Below are positions 10,639 through 21,085 of a stretch of 64,000 bases of DNA, in pieces. Below the pieces are notes generated by a model. The model was given only the letters and a program-made list of their open reading frames with translations. It was not told the origin of the DNA and ran no database searches. The position numbers and the translations under genes are program-made. The first letter of the stretch is position 1, and each line of letters begins with the position of its first letter. The stretch is from Gammaproteobacteria bacterium (lineage in GTDB: Bacteria > Pseudomonadota > Gammaproteobacteria > Natronospirales > REEB76), in assembly GCA_036500225.1 (NCBI GenBank), contig DASYCJ010000021.1:7635-71634 (forward strand), read 5' to 3'.

Positions 10639-11607
10639 CTAGTTAGTGGGATCAAGAGTCAGAGCGCTGAGCTTATCCAGCTCATCACTATGCAGCATGG
10701 TGCGGATGTCATTCACATACAGGCCTCCCGCCGCGGAATAGCGGTCCAGGGCTCCGGCCAGCTGGAAAGGATCCAGGGGTTTGCCGGCGGCGCGCATGTC
10801 GGCGCGCAGGCCGCGGAAATCTGTATAAGCGAAGCCGATGTTGATGTTGTGCAGGTAGGCCCGCACCGAGGTCTCGATATCCGGATATACCCGCACCATG
10901 TGGGTGGCATCGCCGGGCCGGTTCAGGGGCACCGAGCCCTCATCTTCATCCCAGGTCCAGATGCCAAACAGGTTGTTGGACTCCAGGGCGAAGCGTGAAG
11001 TACCCCAGCCGCTCTCCTGTGCCGCCTGGGCCAACACCAGAGTCACCGGCACCACATCCACGCGCCTGAGCAGCGTGTCCCGTGTTGCAGGATCGTTCAG
11101 GTCTCCATCCACCCGATAACGGTCGGCGATGCGTACGATCTCGCGTCCTGCGTCGCTGTGCGTGTCCACGGCCCCTAAGCCGAACTGCTGCAACAGGAAT
11201 ATCCGTTCGTTCCAGATGCGCGAGTTCTCCGCCAACACGATGGGCAATAAGGCGCGATAGAAGATGGTCTTCTTCTCGTCCCGGTCCAGGGTGTCCAGGC
11301 CATAAGGTAGGTTCTGCACTGCATAGGGCGGCACCGTGTCCTGAGGTGGCCAGGCGTAGTCCTCGCTGGAGAAGATATTCTTCAAGGCTTCCGCGGAAGG
11401 CGGCTTGATGGGGATGAGCTGCACGTTCTCCACCGCCGGGACTTCCACGGAATGGATGTGCTTGTACTGTCGAGTGATGAAGCCGGCCACCGTGAGGGGC
11501 AGCAGGAAGAACAGGGTATACATGACCCCGCGCCCCAGGCGCGCCCATATGGAAGGGCCGCGCTTGGACGCCGCCCGGCTCGGACGTTTCTTTCGGGTTG
11601 AGCGCAC
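10639..11607 (-). CDS. Bax/FlgJ-type glucosaminidase-domain protein, membrane anchored
   Basis: N-terminal TM VMYTLFFLLPLTVAGFI. Glucosaminidase signature LAQAAQESGWGTSRFALESNNLFGIW. Confidence 0.75.
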   Translation of the reverse strand: MRSTRKKRPSRAASKRGPSIWARLGRGVMYTLFFLLPLTVAGFITRQYKHIHSVEVPAVENVQLIPIKPPSAEALKNIFSSEDYAWPPQDTVPPYAVQNLPYGLDTLDRDEKKTIFYRALLPIVLAENSRIWNERIFLLQQFGLGAVDTHSDAGREIVRIADRYRVDGDLNDPATRDTLLRRVDVVPVTLVLAQAAQESGWGTSRFALESNNLFGIWTWDEDEGSVPLNRPGDATHMVRVYPDIETSVRAYLHNINIGFAYTDFRGLRADMRAAGKPLDPFQLAGALDRYSAAGGLYVNDIRTMLHSDELDKLSALTLDPTN

Positions 11608-11662
11608 GTCCGGACTGTATTACAGGCGCCGCCCCAAAGGAACCCTTGCGCGACGCGACCTT

Positions 11663-13774
11663 TTAGTGCCCTTGCGCCGTACGGGCCGCGCGCGTCACGC
11701 CCTGGATCTGCATCAATCTGTTCAAGAGACGCGACAATTGCGGCAGCCCCGAGACGCTGATCGTAAGCTTCAGGTTCAGCATGCCGGTGTCCGGTTCCGG
11801 TCTGGAATCGATGGCCAGCATGCGTAGCTCTTCGTCCGCCAAGAGCGCCATCACTTCGTTCAAGAGGTTACGCCGCTCGCGGGCTTCCACCGAGATCTCC
11901 ACCGGTTGGCCTTGGCGTGCGTCGCTGCCCCAGCGCAGGTCCGTGAGGCGTTGCGGGGCACGCACCGTGAGCCGCGCCAGGCTCGCGCAGTTCATGCGGT
12001 GCACCGTGATGCCGCGACCCTGGGTGATGTAGCCGCGGATCGCCTCACCCGGCACCGGATGGCAGCAACGGGCCAGAGACACCAGCACTTCGCCCGGTAC
12101 GCCTGGCAAGAGCACCGCGGGGCGCTTGCCCTTGCGCGTCTGCGGCGTGCGCGGTACGCGTGTGGGCAGAGTCTCGCGGACCGGCGGCATCTCGCGCTGC
12201 AAGGCGCCTGCGATCTGTGCCGGCGAAAGATCGCCGGCACCGAGAGCCGCGAACAACTCGTCCAGGGTCTCGAATGGGAAATGCTTCAGCAGACGGTCGT
12301 GACGGAAATCCCGCAGGCCTAAGCGGTCCAGTTCCCGTTCCAGCGCATCGCGGCCGTAACCGATGTTCTGACCCCGATCCTGCTGGCGGAAGAAGGCGCG
12401 CAACTTGTCACGGGCGCGCGGCGTGTTGAGATAACCGGCCTGGGGGTTCAGCCAGTCGCGGCTGGGTTCCCCCTGACGCGCGGTCTGGATCTCCACCTGA
12501 TCGCCGTCCTTCAGCGCATGGCTGATGGGCACCAGTCGTCCGTTGATGCGTGCGCCGCGGCAGCGGTGGCCCACGTCAGTGTGCACGTAATAGGCGAAGT
12601 CGAGGGCAGTGGCGCCGCGAGGCAGGTCGAAGACCTCGCCCTTGGGCGTCAACACATACACCCGCTCTTCCACGAGTTCAGTGCGGAAGCGTTCGATGAA
12701 GTCTTCGTCGGCGCCGGGTGCCAAGAGTTGCCGCATCCAGCCGATGCGGGTCTCCAGAGCCGGGTCGTAGCGCAGACCTTCCTTGTAACGCCAGTGCGAG
12801 GCCACGCCGAACTCAGCGTGTCGGTGCATGTCGCCGGTGCGTATCTGGATCTCGAGCGGCCGCGCCGCGGGACCCAGCACTGCGGTGTGTAGAGAACGGT
12901 AAGAATTATCCTTCGGGGTCGCGATGTAGTCATCGAACTCCCTGGGGATGTGACGCCACAACCCATGCACCACCCCGAGAGCGGCATAGCAGGTGGGGAT
13001 GTCCCCAACCAGGACCCGGAGGGCATTCAGGTCATAGAGGTCGTCTATAGCCAAGCCCTTCCTCTGCATCTTCTTCCAGATGCTATAGATGTGCTTGGGC
13101 CGACCCGCCACCTCAGCGGCGATGCCGGCAGCCGTGAGGGCAGCCGCCAGCATGTCGCGAGCCTGGGCCAGGTAGTTTTCCCGGTCGGTGCGCCGCTCCT
13201 TGAGCGCACTCGCGATCTCCCGGTAGCGCTGCGGCTCCAGGTAACGGAAGGCCAGGTCCTCCAACTCCCATTTGAGCTGCCAGATACCCAGCCGGTTGGC
13301 CAAGGGCGCGTAGATGCTGCGGGCGGCGATGGCGAGACTGCGTTGCGTAGCTGGCGATTCGGACTTGGCGGCCCGAAGTGCGTACAGCCGCTCAGCGAGC
13401 TTGATCACCAGTACCCGGCCGTCGCGGATTACCGCCAGCAGAAGTTTGCGCAGGTTCTCTGCCTGGGAAGGGGAGAGTGGCTCCTCGTCGCCGGCGGATG
13501 CGCCCATCAGATCGGGTAGAGCCAACACTGCCTGGGCGAGATGTGCCGCCTCGCCGCCGATGCGCGGCTCCAGGTCTCCGAGCTCCGATGCGCCGGCGCC
13601 CATCAGTACCGATGCCATACCGGCGTGCACGATCACCGGGTCGAGCTCCAGGGCTTGCAGGATGGTGCCGACGCCGCGCGCTCGATCGGCAAGCATCGCA
13701 GGCGTACCGGCGAGTCCCAACATATCGTCCGCTGCCGCGGCGATGGGATTGTCTATGCTTTGACGTGAAGGCAT
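11663..13774 (-). CDS. relA: GTP pyrophosphokinase, (p)ppGpp synthetase I
   Basis: Synthetase core HIYSIWKKM, YRSLHT and EIQIRT, with TGS and ACT-like C-terminal regions. The degenerate N-terminal hydrolase region with VIKLAERL favours RelA over SpoT. Confidence 0.88.
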   Translation of the reverse strand: MPSRQSIDNPIAAAADDMLGLAGTPAMLADRARGVGTILQALELDPVIVHAGMASVLMGAGASELGDLEPRIGGEAAHLAQAVLALPDLMGASAGDEEPLSPSQAENLRKLLLAVIRDGRVLVIKLAERLYALRAAKSESPATQRSLAIAARSIYAPLANRLGIWQLKWELEDLAFRYLEPQRYREIASALKERRTDRENYLAQARDMLAAALTAAGIAAEVAGRPKHIYSIWKKMQRKGLAIDDLYDLNALRVLVGDIPTCYAALGVVHGLWRHIPREFDDYIATPKDNSYRSLHTAVLGPAARPLEIQIRTGDMHRHAEFGVASHWRYKEGLRYDPALETRIGWMRQLLAPGADEDFIERFRTELVEERVYVLTPKGEVFDLPRGATALDFAYYVHTDVGHRCRGARINGRLVPISHALKDGDQVEIQTARQGEPSRDWLNPQAGYLNTPRARDKLRAFFRQQDRGQNIGYGRDALERELDRLGLRDFRHDRLLKHFPFETLDELFAALGAGDLSPAQIAGALQREMPPVRETLPTRVPRTPQTRKGKRPAVLLPGVPGEVLVSLARCCHPVPGEAIRGYITQGRGITVHRMNCASLARLTVRAPQRLTDLRWGSDARQGQPVEISVEARERRNLLNEVMALLADEELRMLAIDSRPEPDTGMLNLKLTISVSGLPQLSRLLNRLMQIQGVTRAARTAQGH

Positions 13775-13873
13775 GGTGGGAAGCCGCGTCAGCGGGTGTC
13801 AGGTCCGACGTTTAACGGTATCATATAGATGTCTGTTTCATATGACCGTCGAAATCCACCGGGAGACCCCTCC

Positions 13874-14437
13874 ATGAGGCATTACCGCATCGCCCTGTTC
13901 CTGGCCCTGACTGCTGCCGCTTCGGCTGCCCAGGCCTCCAACACCCTCGATTTCAACCTGGCCAGCAATGCGGTGGCTGCGGATTTCTCCACCAGCCTGA
14001 CTGATACGGGCGTGGAGGGGAGCCTGGGCTTCCTGCACCACACCGACCGGGTGGACCTTTTCGACGCGGGCCTAGACGTGGTCGGCAATGCCAGCCCCGT
14101 CGGTTCGCCGTTGATCTTCGGCGTGGGCGGTAAGTTCTTCTACATCAACCCCAAGGACAAGGACAACGGTGAGGCCCTGGCCATCGGCGCCCACTTCCGC
14201 TACACCTGGCCCTACTTCAACCGCTTCGCTATCGCCGGCGAGCTGTATTACGCCCCGAACATCGTGGCCTTCCAGAGTGCGGACCGCTTCTGGGAAGGTC
14301 GCCTCACCGCCAACTACCAGATCCTGCGCAACGCGGACGCCTACGTGGGCTATCGCTACGTATCGGCCTCGTTCAACAGTGGCCCGAGCACGACGCTGGA
14401 CAGCTCCGTGATCCTCGGTATCAACGTCACGTTCTGA
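13874..14437 (+). CDS. small outer-membrane beta-barrel protein (possibly YfaZ-like)
   Basis: Signal peptide MRHYRIALFLALTAAASAAQA, alternating-strand pattern and a C-terminal ILGINVTF aromatic end. Start moved to ATG 13874, which has GGGAG upstream. Confidence 0.65.
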   Translation: MRHYRIALFLALTAAASAAQASNTLDFNLASNAVAADFSTSLTDTGVEGSLGFLHHTDRVDLFDAGLDVVGNASPVGSPLIFGVGGKFFYINPKDKDNGEALAIGAHFRYTWPYFNRFAIAGELYYAPNIVAFQSADRFWEGRLTANYQILRNADAYVGYRYVSASFNSGPSTTLDSSVILGINVTF

Positions 14438-14455
14438 CCGGCACGGGTAGCGAAG

Positions 14456-15199
14456 ATGGCTGGGCATAGTAAATGGGCCAACATCCAGCACCGTAAGGGT
14501 GTGCAGGATGCCAAGCGCGGCAAGGTGTTCACTCGCTGCATCCGCGAGATCACCACGGCGGCGCGCAACGGCGATCCGGATCCGGCCAACAACCCGCGGC
14601 TGCGCTTGGCCATCGACAAGGCCCTCACCGCCAACATGACTCGGGACACCATCGACCGGGCCGTGAAACGCGGCGCAGGCGGCGACGATGCCGCCAACAT
14701 CGAAGAGATACGCTACGAGGGTTATGGCCCCGGCGGCGTCGCCATCATCGTCGACTGCATGTCCGATAACCGCACCCGCACCGTGGGCGAGGTACGGCAT
14801 GCTTTCGCCAAGCACGGCGGCAACCTGGGCGCCGATGGCTCGGTAGGTTATCTGTTCAACAAGTGCGGCGTGCTGAGTTATCTGACGGACGTCAGCGAAG
14901 ACAAGGTCATGGAAGCGGCCCTGGAAGCGGGTGCCGAGGACGTGATCAACGATGGCGGCATCGAAGTGCTGACCAATCCCGCTGACTTCCTCAAGGTCAA
15001 GGAATCCATGGAGAAGGCGGGCCTGAAGCCCGAATCCTCCGGTATCACGCTGCGGGCTTCCATCGCGGTCACCGTCGACGGCGAGAACGCCGAATCGGTG
15101 ATGGAGCTGCTCGAAGCGCTGGAGAACCTGGACGACGTGCAGACCGTCTATTCCAACGCCGACTTCCCCGACGAGGTCCTCAAGGCCATGGCCGGGTGA
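14456..15199 (+). CDS. yebC: YebC/PmpR family transcriptional regulator
   Basis: Diagnostic N-terminus [15 protein letters not shown]. It sits immediately upstream of ruvC, as in Pseudomonas. Confidence 0.95.
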   Translation: MAGHSKWANIQHRKGVQDAKRGKVFTRCIREITTAARNGDPDPANNPRLRLAIDKALTANMTRDTIDRAVKRGAGGDDAANIEEIRYEGYGPGGVAIIVDCMSDNRTRTVGEVRHAFAKHGGNLGADGSVGYLFNKCGVLSYLTDVSEDKVMEAALEAGAEDVINDGGIEVLTNPADFLKVKESMEKAGLKPESSGITLRASIAVTVDGENAESVMELLEALENLDDVQTVYSNADFPDEVLKAMAG

Positions 15200-15206
15200 G
15201 TAAGCC

Positions 15207-15722
15207 GTGACGCGCATCCTCGGCATTGACCCGGGTTCGCTCTCCACCGGCTACGGCATCATCGACAGCGAAGGCCAGACCCTCAAGTATGTGGACTGCG
15301 GCAACATCCGCACCAGCGGCGGGAGTTTCCTCACGCGTCTCGAAGAGATTTATTTCGCCGTCGGCACCATCGTCGAGCGCTTCGCACCGGACGAGGTCGC
15401 GGTGGAACGTGCCTTCGTGCACAAGAACGCCGATAGCGCCTTGAAGCTGGGTCAGGCGCGGGCTGCCGCCATCTGTGGCACCCTCGTGAAGCGCGTGCCC
15501 CTGCATGAATACACCCCGAAGGAAGTGAAGCAGGCAGTAGTGGGTAAGGGCGGCGCCGATAAAGAACAGGTGCAACACATGATGCGGGTGATCCTGGGGT
15601 TGAAGGGCGAACTGCAAGCGGACAGCGCCGATGCGCTGGCCATCGCCGTCTGCCATGCCCACAGCCGCGGCCTCAAGGCGCAACTGGCCTCGCTGGTGCA
15701 GGCACGGGGAGCGCGGCGATGA
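15207..15722 (+). CDS. ruvC: crossover junction endodeoxyribonuclease RuvC
   Basis: GTG start, ILGIDPGS, and C-terminal [13 protein letters not shown]. Confidence 0.95.
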   Translation: MTRILGIDPGSLSTGYGIIDSEGQTLKYVDCGNIRTSGGSFLTRLEEIYFAVGTIVERFAPDEVAVERAFVHKNADSALKLGQARAAAICGTLVKRVPLHEYTPKEVKQAVVGKGGADKEQVQHMMRVILGLKGELQADSADALAIAVCHAHSRGLKAQLASLVQARGARR

Positions 15723-16303
15723 TCGGCTTCCTGCGCGGAAAGATCCTGCGCAAGCAGCCACCCCATCTATTGATAGACGTGCAGGGTGTGGGCTACGAAG
15801 TAGAATCGCCCATGTCCACCTTCTACGACCTGCCGGAAGTGGGCGCCGAGATCACGCTCTTCACCCACCTCACCATCCGTGAAGATGCCCACGTGCTGTT
15901 CGGCTTCGGTAGCGAAGCGGAACGGCGTTTCTTCCGCAGCTTGATCCGGATCAACGGGGTCGGCCCCAAGCTCGCCCTTACCATCCTCTCCGGCATCAGT
16001 CTGGACGGCTTCGTGCGCTGCGTGCAGGAGAACGATACCGCCGCCCTCACGCGCCTGCCGGGCATCGGCAAGAAGACCGCTGAGCGCCTGGTGGTGGAGA
16101 TGCGCGATAGACTGGACGACGTGGGCGCGCCTGCCAGCGCCGGCGTATCGGCGAACCCCCGCGACGAGGCCCTGAGTGCCTTGGTGTCCTTGGGGTATAA
16201 GCCCCAGGAGGCGGCCCAGATGTTGCGGGCCATCAAGGAAGACGGCTTGAGCAGCGAAGAACTCATCCGCCGTGCGCTCCAGGGCGCACTCCGCACGGGA
16301 TAG
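15719..16303 (+). CDS. ruvA: Holliday junction helicase subunit RuvA
   Basis: MIGFLRGKI, HhH motifs [10 protein letters not shown] and [16 protein letters not shown] overlap with ruvC. Confidence 0.95.
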   Translation: MIGFLRGKILRKQPPHLLIDVQGVGYEVESPMSTFYDLPEVGAEITLFTHLTIREDAHVLFGFGSEAERRFFRSLIRINGVGPKLALTILSGISLDGFVRCVQENDTAALTRLPGIGKKTAERLVVEMRDRLDDVGAPASAGVSANPRDEALSALVSLGYKPQEAAQMLRAIKEDGLSSEELIRRALQGALRTG

Positions 16304-16306
16304 TCC

Positions 16307-17347
16307 ATGGCCACCGAACGCATCATCACCGCCCAGAGCAGCGCCGAAGAAGAGGCGGTGGACCGCGCTATCCGGCCGCGTAACCTCGCCGAATACGTCG
16401 GCCAGCCCGCGGTGCGGGAACAGATGGAGATATTCATCGGCGCCGCCAAGAAACGCGGCGAGGCCCTGGATCACGTGTTGATCTTCGGGCCGCCGGGCTT
16501 GGGCAAGACTACGCTGGCCCACATCATCGCCACCGAACTCGGCGTGAACCTGCGCCAGACTTCCGGCCCCGTGCTGGAACGGCCCGGCGATCTCGCGGCC
16601 CTGCTCACCAACCTCGAACCGCGGGACGTCTTGTTCGTGGACGAGATCCATCGCCTCTCCGCAGTGGTGGAAGAGGTGCTGTATCCGGCGCTGGAGGACT
16701 ACAAGCTCGACATCATGATCGGTGAAGGTCCCGCTGCGCGCTCCATCAAGCTGGAACTGCCGCCCTTCACTCTGGTGGGCGCGACCACTCGCGCAGGCTT
16801 GCTGACCTCGCCGCTGCGGGATCGCTTCGGCATCGTGCAACGCCTCGAGTTCTACAGCGTCGAAGACCTCACCCACATCGTGACCCGCTCGGCGCGCATC
16901 CTGGCTCTCAAGATAGACGCCGAGGGGGCCAAGGAGATCGCCACCCGTTCCCGTGGCACGCCGCGCATCGCCAACCGCTTGCTGCGCCGGGTGCGTGACT
17001 TCGCGGAAGTGAAAGCTGACGGCCACATCAGTGCCGCCATCGCCCACAAGGCCATGGACATGCTGGACGTGGACCAGCACGGCTTCGACATGCTGGACCG
17101 CAAGCTGCTGCTCGCCATCATCGAAAAGTTCGATGGCGGGCCGGTAGGGGTGGACAGCCTGGCGGCGGCCATCGGCGAGGAGCGAGGCACCATCGAAGAC
17201 GTGCTAGAGCCCTTCCTCATCCAGCAGGGCTTCATGATGCGCACCGCCCGCGGCCGCATGGCCACCAAGACCGCCTACCAGCATTTTGGCTTCCAGCCGC
17301 CCAAGCGAGAGCCCTCCGCGGACATGTTCGAAGCGCAGGGGGACTGA
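16307..17347 (+). CDS. ruvB: Holliday junction helicase subunit RuvB
   Basis: Walker [12 protein letters not shown], Walker [11 protein letters not shown] and [14 protein letters not shown]. Confidence 0.97.
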   Translation: MATERIITAQSSAEEEAVDRAIRPRNLAEYVGQPAVREQMEIFIGAAKKRGEALDHVLIFGPPGLGKTTLAHIIATELGVNLRQTSGPVLERPGDLAALLTNLEPRDVLFVDEIHRLSAVVEEVLYPALEDYKLDIMIGEGPAARSIKLELPPFTLVGATTRAGLLTSPLRDRFGIVQRLEFYSVEDLTHIVTRSARILALKIDAEGAKEIATRSRGTPRIANRLLRRVRDFAEVKADGHISAAIAHKAMDMLDVDQHGFDMLDRKLLLAIIEKFDGGPVGVDSLAAAIGEERGTIEDVLEPFLIQQGFMMRTARGRMATKTAYQHFGFQPPKREPSADMFEAQGD

Positions 17348-17818
17348 GTGGATCACGTAAAGCGTGCGATAGGTCACACGGCCGACAGTCCCGCCGACAT
17401 AAGCTGTAAAATCGGGATAGCGAGCTTCCTGTGGCGGGTCAGGGTCTACTACGAGGATACGGACCTGGGTGGGGTGGTGTACCACGCCAACTACCTGAAG
17501 TTCATGGAACGGGCGCGCACCGAATGGCTGCGCAGCCTGGGTTTCGAACAGGACGTGCTGCGTAACCACCACTCGGTGCAGTTCGTAGTGGTGAATGCGG
17601 ACCTTCATTTCCGGCGTCCCGCGCGGTTCAACGATGAGTTGACGGTGAGCGCGGAAGTGAAGAAGCGCACTGCGGCCAGCATCACCTTCCATCAGGAAGT
17701 GCGCGGGCCCAGTGACATGGGATTGTGTACAGGCGAGATCAGGGTCGCCTGCATCGACGCGGATACATTCAGACCCAGGCCCCTGCCAAGGGAGATCCTG
17801 AGGGAGTTCGGCGGATGA
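17348..17818 (+). CDS. ybgC: Tol-Pal-associated acyl-CoA thioesterase
   Basis: Hotdog/4HBT motif VYYEDTDLGGVVYHANYLKFMERAR. GTG start directly after the ruvB stop. About 25 aa of the N-terminus may be non-native. Confidence 0.85.
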   Translation: MDHVKRAIGHTADSPADISCKIGIASFLWRVRVYYEDTDLGGVVYHANYLKFMERARTEWLRSLGFEQDVLRNHHSVQFVVVNADLHFRRPARFNDELTVSAEVKKRTAASITFHQEVRGPSDMGLCTGEIRVACIDADTFRPRPLPREILREFGG

Positions 17819-18498
17819 ACGGTGAAGAATCTTTCCTGGAGATAGCGCTGCACGCGAGCCTCGTGGTGAAGCTCGTGCTGTTGCTCCTGATTGGCGCCTC
17901 CATCGCCTCCTGGGCGATGATCTTCCGCAAGCGGCGCCTGCTCCGGGATGCGCGCATGAAATCCGAAGCCTTCGAGAAGCGCTTCTGGTCCGGCGGTGAC
18001 CTGGCCGGCATGTACAAGGAGATTACCGGCACCGGCGCCGAGAGCGGCATGGAGAACATATTCGAAGCCGGTTTCGCCGAGTTCGCGCGCCTGCGCAAGC
18101 AGATCGACGATCCGGCGCAGGTGGTGGAGGGCGCACGCCGTGCCATGCGCGTGGCGCAGATTCGCGAGGTGGATCGCCTGGAGGAGAATCTGGTATTTCT
18201 CGCCACCGTCGGCTCCATCAGCCCCTACGTCGGCCTGTTCGGCACCGTGTGGGGGATCATGAACGCCTTCCATTCACTCGGTAACGTGCAGCACGCCACC
18301 ATATCCATGGTGGCGCCCGGCATCTCCGAGGCGCTCATCGCCACCGCCATGGGCCTGTTCGCCGCCATCCCGGCGGTGATCGCCTACAATCGCTTCGCCA
18401 ACCACGTGGAGCGGCTGGAGACGCGCTTCGACAGTTTCCTGGAAGAGTTCTCCACCATCCTGCAGCGCCACACGGGCTCGCGCGCCGGACACGGATGA
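17815..18498 (+). CDS. tolQ: Tol-Pal system protein TolQ
   Basis: MotA/TolQ/ExbB motif ATVGSISPYVGLFGTVWGIM. Start set at ATG 17815, which overlaps the ybgC stop (ATGA). The track ORF starts at 17725. Confidence 0.93.
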   Translation: MNGEESFLEIALHASLVVKLVLLLLIGASIASWAMIFRKRRLLRDARMKSEAFEKRFWSGGDLAGMYKEITGTGAESGMENIFEAGFAEFARLRKQIDDPAQVVEGARRAMRVAQIREVDRLEENLVFLATVGSISPYVGLFGTVWGIMNAFHSLGNVQHATISMVAPGISEALIATAMGLFAAIPAVIAYNRFANHVERLETRFDSFLEEFSTILQRHTGSRAGHG

Positions 18499-18504
18499 AC
18501 GACG

Positions 18505-18957
18505 ATGCCTAGGAAGCACAAACGCCGCATGATGGGTGAGATCAACGTCGTACCTTATATCGACGTGATGCTGGTACTGCTCGTCATCTTCATGATCACG
18601 GCGCCCCTGCTCTCGGAAGGCGTGAAGGTGGACCTGCCGTCCGCCAATGCCAAGCCCATCGATCTCAAGAGCGACGAGACGCCGGTGATCCTCAGCATCA
18701 ACGCGGCCGGCCAGTACTTCCTCAACATCGGCACTCCCCAGGACCAGCCGATCAGCGCCGAGATCGTGGTGGCGCGGATCGCTGCGGTCATCAAGCTCAA
18801 CCCCAACGTGCATGTGTTCGTGCGCGGCGACCGCAAGGCCACCTACGACAAGGTCATCACTGGCATCGCCCTCCTGCAGGGTGCCGGCGTGCCGAGCGTG
18901 GGCCTCGAGACTGAGCCGGACAACGCCCCGTCGGTGCAGATCAATGGCCACAAGTAG
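18505..18957 (+). CDS. tolR: Tol-Pal system protein TolR
   Basis: ExbD/TolR motif EINVVPYIDVMLVLLVIFMITAP. Confidence 0.9.
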   Translation: MPRKHKRRMMGEINVVPYIDVMLVLLVIFMITAPLLSEGVKVDLPSANAKPIDLKSDETPVILSINAAGQYFLNIGTPQDQPISAEIVVARIAAVIKLNPNVHVFVRGDRKATYDKVITGIALLQGAGVPSVGLETEPDNAPSVQINGHK

Positions 18958-19720
18958 ACACCGCGCTGCGAGCGTCGATCCCCAGCGCCTGTGGCCCTGG
19001 GGTTACTCCGTGCTGTTGCACGTGGTCCTGGTCCTGCTCTTGGTGCTGAGCTTCCACTGGACCAGTTCCAGCGTCGCCTCACTTGGTGGCACCAACCCGG
19101 ATGCCGAACCGGTGAAGGCCACGGTGGTGGACCAGAGTCTCATCAACCAGCAGATGGCCATGCTCAAGTCCGAACAGGACAAGAAGCATCAGGAGAAGCA
19201 GCAGCTCGAACAGAGCATCACCGACCTGAAGCAGCAGCAGACCAGTGCCCAGCAGCAGGTGAACCAGCAGATGGCGGACCTGAAAGCCCAGTCCGACCAC
19301 CTGGACAAGCTCAAGGCCGAGGACGATGCCCTGGCTCAGAGACAGAAGACGGCTGATTCCGCTGCACGCCGCCGCCAGCTTGCGGCGGAGATCGCCAACG
19401 AGGAGAGCGCGCACAATGCCGGCTTGGCCAGCGCGAAACAGAAATGGATAGCCCTCATCCAGCTTAAGGTAAACAACAACTGGATAAAGCCGCCCAATAC
19501 CCCCACCGATCTCAAGTGCACCCTCACTGTCACTCAAGTGCCGGGCGGCACGGTTACGAACGCGCAGATGTCTTCGTGCAACGGGGATGATGCTGTCGTA
19601 CAATCCATTATTACGGCCGCATATCGGTCCTCGCCGCTGCCGGCACCGCCCGATCCATCCTTGTTCGATGAAGGTAAGGTCCTTAACCTTAACTTCAACA
19701 ACAAAAACCAGTCACCGTGA
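18944..19720 (+). CDS. tolA: Tol-Pal system protein TolA
   Basis: TM anchor WPWGYSVLLHVVLVLLLVL, a Q/K/E/A-rich helical middle and a compact C-terminal domain. It lies between tolR and tolB. Start trimmed to ATG 18944. Confidence 0.8.
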   Translation: MATSRHRAASVDPQRLWPWGYSVLLHVVLVLLLVLSFHWTSSSVASLGGTNPDAEPVKATVVDQSLINQQMAMLKSEQDKKHQEKQQLEQSITDLKQQQTSAQQQVNQQMADLKAQSDHLDKLKAEDDALAQRQKTADSAARRRQLAAEIANEESAHNAGLASAKQKWIALIQLKVNNNWIKPPNTPTDLKCTLTVTQVPGGTVTNAQMSSCNGDDAVVQSIITAAYRSSPLPAPPDPSLFDEGKVLNLNFNNKNQSP

Positions 19721-21036
19721 GAGACTTCGTGCGCAATTCGTTCCTTAGTGTGATGACTGTCGTGTTGTTGGTGCTGCCGGTGGTATCGCCCCAGGCGACC
19801 CTGGACATCGAGATCACCAGCGGCGTGAACTCGGCTTCACCCATCGCCATCGTGCCTTTCAGTTTCGACGGCCAGGGTGCGGCTCCGGTGGACATGGCCG
19901 GTGTGATCGGCGCGGACTTGGCCCGCAGCGGTCGCTTCAAGGCCATCGACCCTAAGGACATGCTCTCCAAACCCAGTCAGGCCTCGGCCATCAACTTCAA
20001 TGACTGGCAGGTGATCAAGGTCAACGACCTGGTGATCGGCCGCATCAAGACCGTGGGCGGCGGTTATTCGGTCGAGTACCAGGTGTTCAACGTCTACACC
20101 CATCAGCAGATCATGGGCTTCAGCGTCGCCACCAGCGCCGCACGCCTGCGCTACACCGCGCACTTCATCAGCGACTCCATCTATCAGAAGCTCACCGGCC
20201 AGCGCGGCGCCTTCAACACCCACATCGCCTACGTGGAAGTGGGGGCAGGGGAGCGCTATTCGCTGGTGGTGGCGGATTCGGATGGTTTCGGCGCCCAGCC
20301 CATCATCCCGAATGCGGCCCAGCCCCTAATGTCGCCGGCCTGGTCGCCGGATGGCACCCAGTTGGCCTACGTCTCCTTCGAAGGCATCCAGCCCGCGATA
20401 TTCCTGCAGACCATCAGCACCGGCCAGCGCACCATGCTCTCCAAACAGACAGGCATCAACGGCGCGCCGTCCTTCTCGCCGGACGGCAAGTCCCTGGCGC
20501 TGACCCTGTCCAGCAGTCCGGGTAATCCGGACGTCTATGTGATGGACCTGGCCACCAAGAAGCTCAAGCGCATCACCACCTCCGAGGCCGCCGATACGGA
20601 AGCCAGTTGGTCGCCGGATGGCAAGAGCCTGTACTTCACTTCGGACCGGGGCGGCAGCCCGCAGATATATAAGGTGAGCACAGACGGCGGCGAGCCCCAG
20701 CGCATCACCTTCGACGGCAGCTATAACGCCGATGCCCACGTCTCGCCGGACGGCAAGTCCCTGGTGCTGGTACATCGGGAAGACGGCCACCTGCACATCT
20801 CGGTCATGGACTTGGCCAGCGGCACGCTTCAGACCCTGACCGACGGCGATCTGGACAAGTCCCCCAGCTTCGCCCCCAACGGCAGCATGATCATCTTCGA
20901 GGCCGACTATAACGACCGCGGAGTGTTGGAGATGGTATCGGTGGACGGCCAAGTGCGGGAACGCCTCTCGGAGAGGCAGGGCGGCGTGGACGTGCACGCC
21001 CCCGTCTGGGGCCCGTTCCTGGCTCCCGCCCCGTGA
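19717..21036 (+). CDS. tolB: Tol-Pal system beta-propeller protein TolB
   Basis: Repeated SPDGxxLA/SPDGKSL propeller blades and an N-terminal signal sequence. GTG start overlaps the tolA stop. Confidence 0.93.
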   Translation: MRDFVRNSFLSVMTVVLLVLPVVSPQATLDIEITSGVNSASPIAIVPFSFDGQGAAPVDMAGVIGADLARSGRFKAIDPKDMLSKPSQASAINFNDWQVIKVNDLVIGRIKTVGGGYSVEYQVFNVYTHQQIMGFSVATSAARLRYTAHFISDSIYQKLTGQRGAFNTHIAYVEVGAGERYSLVVADSDGFGAQPIIPNAAQPLMSPAWSPDGTQLAYVSFEGIQPAIFLQTISTGQRTMLSKQTGINGAPSFSPDGKSLALTLSSSPGNPDVYVMDLATKKLKRITTSEAADTEASWSPDGKSLYFTSDRGGSPQIYKVSTDGGEPQRITFDGSYNADAHVSPDGKSLVLVHREDGHLHISVMDLASGTLQTLTDGDLDKSPSFAPNGSMIIFEADYNDRGVLEMVSVDGQVRERLSERQGGVDVHAPVWGPFLAPAP

Positions 21037-21085
21037 CCGCAGCCGCCTGAGCGGTTAATCTATGTACATCCAAAGGAGTGCTCCC

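Noticed and set aside
15767-17080. 437-aa ORF antisense to ruvA and ruvB
   Set aside because: Same reasoning: it is a high-GC antisense artefact opposite two textbook genes.
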